64,000 nucleotides of DNA from Anthoceros angustus (lineage: Eukaryota; Plantae; Anthocerotophyta): assembly GCA_010909165.1 (NCBI GenBank), contig MU008175.1, forward strand, positions 735,370 through 799,369. Reading direction: 5' to 3'. Both the position numbers and the translations under genes were made by a program. Positions 1-9,667 of this stretch are shown here, piece after piece; position 1 is the stretch's first letter; each line of letters starts with the position of its first letter. The notes under the pieces are model-generated. The model was not told the DNA's origin. It did no database searches and worked only from the letters and a program-made list of their open reading frames with translations.

Positions 1-21
1 TGACAACAGCAAGGGGCCGGC

Positions 22-1401
22 ATGAGCATGAGGAGGCAAGGAGAGCAAGATGCCTACTCGGGGTGGAAGGCCATGGTGCCGGTGCTGTACGACTGGTTTG
101 CCAACCACCAGCTCATGTGGCCATCCCTGTCATGCCGCTGGGGACCGCAGCTGGAGCAGGGCACGTACAGGAACCGGCAGCGGCTCTACATGTGCGAGCA
201 GACGGATGGGAGCATGCCCAACACTCTGGTGGTGGCCAACTGCGACGTGGTGAAGCCCCGGGTGGCCAACGCGCAGCACATCTCCCACTTCACCCTGGAC
301 GGCAAGTCGCCCTTCGTGAAGAAGCACAAGACCATCATCCACCCGGGCGAGGTGAACAGGATCAGGGAGCTCCCGCAGAACAGCAAGATCGTGGCCACGC
401 ACACCGACAGCCCGGAGGTCCTGGTGTGGAACGTGGAGGCGCAACCTAACCGCGCGGCGTCGCTGGGAGCGCTGCCCTCCCGGCCCGACCTCATTTTGAC
501 AGGCCACGCCGACGACGCGGAGTTCGCCCTGGCGTGCAGCCCCGTGCAGGCGCTGGTGCTCTCGGGAGGGAAAGATCGGAGCGTGGTGCTGTGGGCAATC
601 GAGGATCACATCACCAGGACAGGGCAGGGCTCCGGGCGGCAGAGCTGGAACAGCGGGGGTTCGGGATCCACCGAGCGCACCAGGTCCGGCTCCAATCGTG
701 TGGAGGCGCGCGGGGTGTTCAAGGGCCATTCCTCCACAGTGGAAGATGTCCAGTTCCGGCCGTCCAGCCCCGATGAGTTCTGCAGCGTGGGGGACGACTC
801 CTGCCTCATCGTGTGGGATGCTAGAGCCGGATGCGAGCCCGCCGTGAAGGTGGAGAAGGCGCACGACGCGGATGTGCATACTGTGGACTGGAACGCCATG
901 GACGAGAACCTGCTGCTCACCGGCTCCGCGGACGCCTCCGTCCGCCTCTTGGACCTCCGCAAGCCGGGGCAGCCAATCCACAGGTTCGAGGGCCACACGG
1001 CCGCGGTGCTCTGCGTGCAGTGGTGCCCCAACAAGGCCTCCGTCTTTGGGAGCTGTGCGGAAGACGGCCTGCTCAATGTCTGGGACCACGAGAAGACCAC
1101 CATGGCAAGCAGCACGGATAACGCAAGCAAAGCATCCAAGCGATTCTCGAAACCCTCACCCGGCCTTTTCTTCCAGCATGCGGGCCACCGCAGCAAGGTG
1201 GTGGACTTCCACTGGAACCCGGAGGATCCCTGGACGCTGGTGAGCGTGTCGGATGGCGGAGAAACCCCAGGCGGGGGCGGCACACTTCAGATGTGGAGAA
1301 TGAGCGACTTCATTTACCGGACGGAAGAGGAGGTTTTGGAGGAACTGCAGAGATTAGGACCCTACATTTTCTCGGCTGCTGCTCCTGCTTCATCGGATTA
1401 A
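22..1401 (+). CDS. MSI4: WD40 histone-binding protein, MSI4/FVE-like (RBBP4 family), intronless
   Basis: 459-aa ORF with an in-frame stop at 1-3 just upstream. It has the CAF1C H4-binding N-terminus (WKAMVPVLYDWFANHQLMWPSLSCRWGP, RQRLYMCEQTDGSMPNTLVVANCDVVKPRVA, HPGEVNRIRELPQ), WD repeats and the C-terminal FQHAGHRSKVVDFHWNPEDPWTLVSVSD...GGGTLQMWRMSDFIYR typical of MSI4/5. Confidence 0.92.
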   Translation: MSMRRQGEQDAYSGWKAMVPVLYDWFANHQLMWPSLSCRWGPQLEQGTYRNRQRLYMCEQTDGSMPNTLVVANCDVVKPRVANAQHISHFTLDGKSPFVKKHKTIIHPGEVNRIRELPQNSKIVATHTDSPEVLVWNVEAQPNRAASLGALPSRPDLILTGHADDAEFALACSPVQALVLSGGKDRSVVLWAIEDHITRTGQGSGRQSWNSGGSGSTERTRSGSNRVEARGVFKGHSSTVEDVQFRPSSPDEFCSVGDDSCLIVWDARAGCEPAVKVEKAHDADVHTVDWNAMDENLLLTGSADASVRLLDLRKPGQPIHRFEGHTAAVLCVQWCPNKASVFGSCAEDGLLNVWDHEKTTMASSTDNASKASKRFSKPSPGLFFQHAGHRSKVVDFHWNPEDPWTLVSVSDGGETPGGGGTLQMWRMSDFIYRTEEEVLEELQRLGPYIFSAAAPASSD

Positions 1402-1477
1402 CGCATCAAACGTACATGTATTCTACCAGAGCCTGCACCCCGGTGACATTCATTCGTCCTGGGGCTCATTCAATCGG

Positions 1478-2494
1478 TCAGTCGTCCACCAAGCTTAGCA
1501 AATACATGTCATTCAGTCGGTCATTGCTCTCCGAGTTCCCTCCATACACCAGCACGGAATTGTCGAAGGAGGCAGCGGCGAACCAGCCTCTGGCCCCGGG
1601 ATCACCATGCTTCTTCTCGACCGCGGGCTTCTCCCACCTGAGCTTCTCCGTGTCCAGCACCAGGACGTCGGACGTGAAGGAGCCTGCCCCGAGGTGGCCC
1701 AGATCGCTGGGATCCACCTCCCCGCCGTAGATCAGCAAATGCTTGCCGATGGCTGCACTGCCGAACACGCTTCTTCCGAACGGCCTGTTGCCGTCCTCGT
1801 CGAGCGCCACCACCTCCTCCCAGCTGGATGTCTGGATGTCAAATCTGAACACATCCGAAAGCTCCTGGCCATTGAAGCCGAAGATGACCCACACTGCACC
1901 GGCGGCCACCACCAGGCCGGGGCCTCCCCGCGGGGCACAGGCAGGGAAGATAGGCAGGGCACTCCACTTCCCACTCTCGATGTCGTAACCCCAGAGGTCG
2001 TAGAACCTGCCCGCCTTGCCGCACCCTCCAATGCTACCGTCCTTGCCGCAGCCGCCGAAGATGTAGATTCGCTTGCTGTGCTGGTCGGCGGCCATGGCGT
2101 GGTAGCTCCGGGCGGGCGGAGCCTTGGCGCCGCAATCACCTGCTCCGTCCGAGAGCAGCTTCCATTCGCTGGTGCGGGTGTCGAAGGAGTAGAGCTCCCC
2201 GAGCTCTTCGTGCTTCTCGTCCCTGCCTGCGAACATGTAGATGGTGTGGCCTACGGCAGCCATGGTGACCCCCACCCTGGGAGGAGGGGCATGGCCCTTG
2301 GTCTCGGCCACGGACCATTTCCTGCTTTCAAGATCGAAGATGTGCACATAGTTGTCGATGGGAACTCGGGGCTCGTGCTCGCCTCCAAACACGTAGGCTT
2401 TTTTGTCCACCACCGCCACGGCGTGCGAGCTCCGTGGAGACGGCGCGTCCTGGTGCTGCGTCACTTCTTGCCATTCTGCTCGCAAGACGCCCAT
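1478..2494 (-). CDS. Kelch-repeat protein, nitrile-specifier protein (NSP5)-like, intronless
   Basis: 338-aa ORF starting with ATG. Kelch motifs PSPRSSHAVAVVDKKAYVFGGE, PPPRVGVTMAAVG, PPARSYHAMA, PRGGPGL, RSVFGSAAIGKHLLIYGGEVDPSDLGHLGAGSF and ARGWFAAA match plant NSP/ESP-like kelch proteins. Confidence 0.85.
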   Translation of the reverse strand: MGVLRAEWQEVTQHQDAPSPRSSHAVAVVDKKAYVFGGEHEPRVPIDNYVHIFDLESRKWSVAETKGHAPPPRVGVTMAAVGHTIYMFAGRDEKHEELGELYSFDTRTSEWKLLSDGAGDCGAKAPPARSYHAMAADQHSKRIYIFGGCGKDGSIGGCGKAGRFYDLWGYDIESGKWSALPIFPACAPRGGPGLVVAAGAVWVIFGFNGQELSDVFRFDIQTSSWEEVVALDEDGNRPFGRSVFGSAAIGKHLLIYGGEVDPSDLGHLGAGSFTSDVLVLDTEKLRWEKPAVEKKHGDPGARGWFAAASFDNSVLVYGGNSESNDRLNDMYLLSLVDD

Positions 2495-3029
2495 CGTGAA
2501 TTGCGGTCTTGCATCGCATGGTGAAGAAGAAGATACGTTTTGTAGTCCACTCGAACCGAAGCGAAGGCGACTCGTCTAACTTTACACCCTGGTTTGCATC
2601 ACTCCGTTGGTTGATAAAATTTAGCCTTCATTTGACAGGAAAAAATTGCCTGATACCACACTTGGAGACTGGGGACCACCTTCGACATTACGAGAGGGAG
2701 GAGAATCTGATTTTCTAGTCCCACCAATCCTGTAATGCATCGACTGCAGTAGCAGCAGACTATGTATCTAGAGACTGATTGGTCAAAGATCCATATAGCG
2801 ACCATTCTAGGCTGCTGGCTCCGCAACGATCTAACATGTACAAAGAAGGACCACCGCATCTGCAGTGCGCTTCCTCGCAGCTACAGGCACACAGAAGGGA
2901 AGTTCTGCAAGGCAACACGGAGAGAGAAACCTTTCCTCCCGTGGCCACGGAGAGCACCACAACTCAGGGTCCCAGCTCCAAGAAGCAGCAGCACGACCTC
3001 AACCGGAGCGTTACAACTCCCTCAAGGGT

Positions 3030-6000
3030 TCAATCACACTTGATATTTCTGTAAATTCGCCTTACGAACATGGATGAACCCAAATAACCGACAGCACCTG
3101 CCAAGGATAACGCAAGGCAAAGGCAAATAAGCAAGAATCTTCTCAGGGGACAAGCAAATCACCCGTATTGCTCAAGCAAATAGCCGGACCACAATCTTAC
3201 CACACAGGATGCCGAGCCCGATGCAAAACATGAGGGTGTAGCCGAAATAGAAACTTGTCTGAAAGAAACCAGACATCTTCGTCTTGACGAAGTAGTAGTA
3301 GATTGAGTATAGATAGACATAAGCAGCCGTAGAAGCAGCGGAGAAGAAGGAGGTCCACTGCCAGTGATAGTTCTCCGCATTCAGCAAGAAGTAAGTACCC
3401 ACGATGGTGACGCACACTGTGACTATGATGAGAATCAGGAACACCAGCAGCATGAACCCGTACACATAGTACACCTGTAAGAGAAACCAAATGTCAGCCC
3501 ATGACAACCAAATTTTGAAAAATAGGACCCATTGCAGCTGGGCAATGACTCACCTTGTAATTCCAGAACGATGTGAAGACGAAGTACATCTCGATGAAAA
3601 TGCTTCCAAATGGCAATAATCCTCCCATAAGTGACACCACCAATGGCGTAAGGTACCACTTCTTCTCAGGGATAGGTCTTGGGATGGTTTTTACTCTGCA
3701 AGGGTTATCGGGGACACCACTCCAGTTTCTCCCCACGACAGTCCCCAAAAGAGCAAGTGGGAAGGAGATAAAAGCCCAGATCACAAATACCACTACCTGT
3801 AGAACCAGTTGTTACTACCTTGAATAGAGATCAACACCATCCATATCTGATAAACAGAACCAGCATTCTCAACACTCACCATGGTGCCAAAGGGAATGGC
3901 TGCAAGGGAGTGATACCCAATGGCAACAGTGTTCAGGAAGAAACCGATGCTAAAGCACAAGAATGGAAATAGTGATGCAGTGAGGAGCATTGACTTTATC
4001 CAGTGTTTACCTGCACTTAGCCCACAGTTTAACAATAGATCCATCACAGTTCATCATTAGATCCATCAAACTCTTAGCAAAATAACCATGAAACCCTACA
4101 GCCACGAAAATACTCAAGAAACCATGAAACGAGGTTGTACCATCATTCCTCGAATAGAATCCCCCACTCACATATCCAGATATGAAGGACGTCAAAGCAT
4201 AGCATACTATGAATGTAGTCGCAATCGCTCCTCGTCTGTCAGGGACAAAATGCATATCACACCCACAAATCTCTAATAACGGAGGACAAGATGAAGCTCA
4301 GCATGATTTTAGGCAGCATCGACATACCCTACATATAACATGCCAACAATGGCAAAGAAGATCACAAGGAGGACAAGTGTTGCCAACTGAGCCCCAGTTC
4401 CCACAAGTGCTGACAGCAATACCAGATTACGAGGTGATCGGAAGACATCACCATGGACAAGCTTCCAACCTGACTCCTCACTAACATCTCGTTCCTGTAT
4501 CAAAGATGTAAAAAAACAAGAAACATGTTCAGAAATATACTGTGGTGAAAGATATCCTTTTCCGAAGACCCTTCTTCTGAAACGAAGCAAAGAAGATGGC
4601 GTCCTACCAAGGTTTCCAGATCATCTTCCTCCCGAGCATATTTTGCATAGTCATTCCTCAAAGTGCGCATCAGGATCATGGATACGAGCCCCGTGAGAAA
4701 TATAACCATCATGAATGAGTTGAAGATGGAAAACCAATGGATCTGAATTACAATATACAACAAACCAAATCCTTGAACCCCGGCTCTTCAGATTTGCCAG
4801 TCCACAAACAAGCAAAGAAAAAGGACTACTCTGCGCATCTCTAAGACATCCTCTCATGCACAAAAGCTCTTTGAGATGGATTAAAGCATTCATCATACAA
4901 CAGAACAGCGACATCCAGAGCAGACGGCCATGTAGAGCACTTTTGGGATACCTGATGCTCAAAGAAAGGATAGTCCAAATACGCATCAAAACGCCTGGCA
5001 TAGGTGATATTTGTAGGAACCCACTTCACAGAGTATGTGAGTTCCACAGTACTTCCACTCACAAGCTGCTCAGGGTTGTCCTGAGTGAGATTGACGTTGA
5101 TGATCTGTAAAACACACAGAGAAAAACACGTTCTTCAGAAGTACTCTCCGAGGAATTATTCCAGCTAGTTGAAGCAGATAAGTTATCAAACTCACCTGAT
5201 CATTGTTGTATTTGATGACGAAGTTCTTGTGAGCGTAGAGATAAGGTTTCACATCGTCGTCGTTTTTCCCCACAAATCCTGAGTATGACGAGGACGTATC
5301 ATAAATTAGGCATGTCCGTCGAGCAGACTGACAGCAAGCACATCAAAGGGAAAGCGGACTTTCAGGAACAAAACATACCCCAGAGAGGAAGGTCGTCTGA
5401 TTGACACCAACAGAAACACCGACCAAAACCACAAAAAATTTCTGGTTAGTCAAAGCCCTCTAACTACACATCCCAAATGCAATCTATCCAGCAGCCTGTA
5501 ACAGGTTTGGAATTGAAGCGGGCCAACTCAATCACGACCGTTCTTACCCATGAAAAACTCAAACCAATAGAGATTCTCAAATGCATCTCTGAATTCAGCC
5601 ACTTTCTCATCGTCCAAATCGATCTTACAAATGGGAGTCTTCTCGACGGGTTCTGCAAGAAAGTGCGTACTCCAAAGTCAGGTGTACCCACATAGCAACA
5701 GTCGTCTTCCTTGGGAAGGACCACATACTTGCTAGCGCTTCCACGCTGAACCAAAACCATAATTCTGATTCCATAAGAACAACTCGTCCCACAAAGAGGA
5801 GCTGCGTGTGTGCTTACGCCTAAACTTGATCTCGAACTGGCTGTCGATGAGCTCATTTCCTTGCAAAACCTCTCCAAGTCCTCCCCACTTGTGAGATGGA
5901 TTGCTGTTACCAGGCCGGCAAAATGGTAAGCTGTAATAATTGTAGGTCTCCTGTGGGTTGTTGTACGGTCCCACTTTGTTCACCCACAAAGTTACAGGAT

Positions 6001-6316
6001 CTCCCTCCCCATACTGCATACACGCGTCAACAATCAGCCCTCAAAAGCCACTGGAGGCCTCCGCGACCACTAGGGGCTCTTCTCAGATAGACAGACGAAA
6101 GAGTCTAGGAACGCTACGAAGCAAGATCAGTAGAGCTCCTCGACAGGATAGGACAAAACCCATCCTCTAAACAGACACTGACCGCGCAAGCAGCAATACC
6201 AAGAGACGTGAGATATCCCACAATGATCCCACCTTGTGATCGTACTCGGATGCACCACACAGCTGCAGGTACCCTATCACGACGAGAAACACCAAAACCC
6301 TGCTCATCCCCTGCAT
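3030..6316 (-). CDS. TMN1: Transmembrane 9 superfamily / endomembrane protein 70, TMN1-like (multi-exon)
   Basis: Exon 1 (6316-6233) encodes the signal peptide [28 protein letters not shown]. Later exons give [87 protein letters not shown] and [16 protein letters not shown]. The last exon is [22 protein letters not shown], with the stop at 3030-3032. Introns are GT-AG. Confidence 0.93.
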
Positions 6317-6899
6317 TTTCAGGGGGCGCGATCAGGCCCGCAGCCTGACACCGGATCAGAACCGATCTCGCACTCCAAGGCCTCCTCAGCCCACAGGCTC
6401 GGTTAGTTGTTCTCCCAACGGCAGCTGCTTCGCAAGCTATGTACTGCCAACTCTTCTTTGCCGGTTGGGCTTGGAGGTTCTTCCTCGGATCTAGTACCTT
6501 CCACTAGCCTAGGTTTTCGTTCACTGAAGAGCTACTAGTTCAGACCTAGCACGCCGATCTAGCCCGAACCAATCTTGCCACGAAAGAATTTGCGCCGCTG
6601 CTGATACACCTGCCTCCCCTATCTCCTCACCTACACTGCCGGTCCATCAGGTCGCCATCGGCACACAACTCCACACAGGCGAGGCTACAGATCAGCCACG
6701 AGGATGCAGACACAGCCAACGCCGGCAAAGTCGATGAGAAGCCGGATTACATTGGCTTCCCACGAGAAGGAAGAAGGAAGCGTCACAAAGTTGCAGCTAA
6801 AGACTAACGGAACAGCTATGAACGGAACCTCCACCGGGACGGGAACAAATACAGCGGCATTACGTGATACAGATTTTTTCCACGGTTGTTATTACCTAG

Positions 6900-9450
6900 C
6901 TATAGGTTGATTGGACATGCTGAAAACCAATAACGTCCTACTTATCTTAGATAAGATTTTATTGAGGTGAAAAAACGATGAGAAAAGCCCATCTAGGAGG
7001 GGACAACCAAAGGGGACCAGGGGTCGAGGTGAAGAGGAGCAAATAAGCTCCCTACCTAAAGTCACCCATCGCACCCACAATGTCATATGCAGGAAGAATA
7101 AACGGCCGCAAACCACGGAGGTAGAGGAAGATCGTCACCCATCGCACCCACAATGTCATATGCAGGAAGAATAAACGGCCGCAAACCACGGAGGTAGAGG
7201 AAGATGCGCCACCCACCGCCGCCTTGTGGAGGATCGCTGAGAGCGCTGAAGGGCAATTGAAACCCGCTGTCAAGTATGGGAAGTACGAGAGGACACATCG
7301 TTCACGCAGCATGGTAAGCTTTGGCATGTGACTTGACAAATTTGTCAAAGTCCGCCCATTGCCCCATACGCTTTAGTGCAAGCGAATAAAGAGGTGGCCC
7401 GCTTGCATCCCGCATATTTATGACCTTGAGAGCCGCCGCCCCAGGCACCCTCCGGACAGTTAGTGATGACCGAGTGAGATGGTGTCGTGGTAGGATCGGT
7501 AACCACCACATCTCGCCATCAAACCGGTCGCCACGGACAAGGTACAGTCGATTGAACGACCAGACGGAGAGTATACATCCGCCTCCTCCATGCTATGTAG
7601 CCGCTGAGCGATGGCGAACATGACATCGCTGGATGGCGCCGTGAGTGGCAATGCGATGACCCCGAGGGGACAACGAGCAAGGTGTACCCGTAATCATCGA
7701 GGCGAGCCGCACTGCAAGCAAGGAGCGAAGAAGCCAGTCGAGCAGCCAAGACTAATCGCATCGCAGAGTGAAGGTGGTTGGTGCGATGTGAAAACCCCTG
7801 ATGCATGGGCGGGCCAATAGCCAAGCACTGCGCCTTCCTGCAACAAGAGCGGAGCCGCGCTCTTGTGGACCTGGGGATGGAGGGGTCCTGGAGGGCGATC
7901 GAAAGCCGCCGAGCCGCTCGAGCGTAGATGCTCGCAACCCTCGAAACCATCAGTAATAAATGTCGAGAAGGAGGGAAGTCCTTCCGAGCATCCACTGATA
8001 ACATGTCCCTAGCTTGCCTCAAGGACGTTTGGAGAGAGAAGGTTCCCTCCTCCACACTGATACGAGATCCTCCGAAAGGGCCTGCTATGGAGGATGAACC
8101 GAGAAGCCAAAGGGGAGAGGGCCCAACCGCCTGTGAAAGCCGGGAAGAGACCTCCCCAGAGTGCACTGCCTCCAAATTGCTGTAGGACGCTGCTGGGCCG
8201 ACGCCCATAGGGCACTCAAAAGCCCCGAGCCTGTGGATGTCCCCGAGAGTATCCATAATCTTCCTATCAAACCGCAAGACAAAAGTGTCTGGACGGGAGG
8301 CAACAGACGGATGAGGTAACTGTGGCGCCTAGCAAAGCAGGAGGAAAGAATTCCAAAGGCCACCTGCATCCTCCAAAGAAAGGAGGTCCTCGACATGGAG
8401 AGTCATGAGAGCCCGTCCAGAAGCTCCGATGAAGTCGTGGGAACCGGGGACCCCTAGAACTGCAGCCCCAGAGCCGAGCAATCTCCCCAAATGGAAAGCA
8501 GTAGGTAGAATCCCGACGGAGACCAGACGTGACTTGGATGTTTTGACCTTCAAGCCCACCAGAAAGCTCATGAGAGAAGAGCTCAAAGGCCTCCTTAACT
8601 TTGTCCCTGTGCCCGAGGATGTGAGAGTCGCTCAAGGGAAGACATGGCTGAGAAGGCGGCCCTAGATAGGGCCCTATAGTGAGCAATGGCGAAGAGAGCA
8701 CTAGGGGGCCTTGCCCGGTACTGTGGCCGATTCCAAGACAGACAAGAACTCAAGAGACGTTCAGGCCGGTAGTAGAGGTTGGAGGACCTCCGAGAAGCAC
8801 CTGAAAAGGTATAAGGCTTAACGCCGCCAAGATCCCTAAGCTCCTCAAGATGACGCCCTAGAAATGGTATTGAAGGCGCTCGACATCAACTCAGAAGACC
8901 ACCCACCCGGTGGGTATCAAGGCATGCCTTCACTCCAAGCACCACGACTTGTGAGTGGCAATGCCAAATTGAAGGGGTTGAGGTGTCAAGAAGAGAGCGC
9001 ATCAAGGGCAATAGTGCGGCCGAGTAGTCGCATGAAGGCTTCTCCGACCGCGAGTGGGCGACGCCTGACAGCGTGCTTGTCCATAGCGACAAGCCCGCTA
9101 GCCGCAAGAACATGGGAAATCCGGTGAGGCTCACCCCGAGCCACCGCAGCTGCCGAGAAAAGAGCCTGGGAAGCCGCTAGATGGATCTTCGGGAGAAAGG
9201 TCCCCGAGGTGTTCAAACACCATTCGACAACCCGCAGATGAAAGACGCAGAGAGAGCTGTGAGCAAAAGCCGCCTGATCCAGAGAAGGGATCCTCCGGGA
9301 CGTAGTCAGATATGTCCGGGGGGATGGCATCCTTGGGAACTGGATGGAGGGCACGGAGGGCAACAATGGTCTCCTCAGAAGCGGGGGCTAGGGGGAGGGG
9401 TATTGGCGCATAACTCTCTCCAGTGAGTGGTGCTGTTTCTCTCCAATGGT
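6900..9450 (-). mobile_element. Degenerate non-LTR retrotransposon of CRE/RLE type (RT plus C-terminal endonuclease region), 5'-truncated or interrupted
   Basis: Fragmented minus-strand frames give LVAMDKHAVRRRPLAVGEAFMRLLG (the CRE-like RPIAVGE RT motif), a QFGIA remnant, LSDSHILG (YLDD-equivalent), a CxxC...HRIATHGAI knuckle, and the VPGAAA and LALKRMGQW segments resembling RLE domains. There are many stops and frameshifts. Boundaries are approximate. Confidence 0.65.
7061..7205 (+). repeat. Direct tandem duplication with a 73-bp unit (2 copies)
   Basis: GTCACCCATCGCACCCACAATGTCATATGCAGGAAGAATAAACGGCCGCAAACCACGGAGGTAGAGGAAGAT starts at 7061 and again at 7134. Confidence 0.95.
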
Positions 9451-9455
9451 GCTGT

Positions 9456-9655
9456 TGTTGAACCTGGTAGGGTTCTTCTCTAACCACTTCATTTGGCTAG
9501 TATTATTGTTATTAATTAAGTTATTAACCTAATCCTAAAGTGAAACGCTTTACATCAGTTTTGTATTTAAACACTTCATTCATTTAATTAATGTAATTGT
9601 ATTGTCTTTGGACTAGGTGTCTTCCTTTTTGTTCTCCGTTCTAGAATAGTTAACA
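9456..9655 (+). repeat. 5' LTR of the copia element
   Basis: Starts TGTTGAACC, ends TTAACA, and aligns over 200 bp with 18079-18278. Confidence 0.93.
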
Positions 9656-9667
9656 TGGTATCAGAGC
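9656..9667 (+). promoter_or_regulatory. Primer-binding site complementary to tRNA-iMet
   Basis: TGGTATCAGAGC lies immediately after the 5' LTR. Confidence 0.95.

Noticed and set aside
130-2524. Long antisense and alternative-frame ORFs (319, 225, 305 aa) over MSI4 and the kelch gene
   Set aside because: These are shadow ORFs caused by high GC3 on the opposite strand, and they contain no recognisable motifs.
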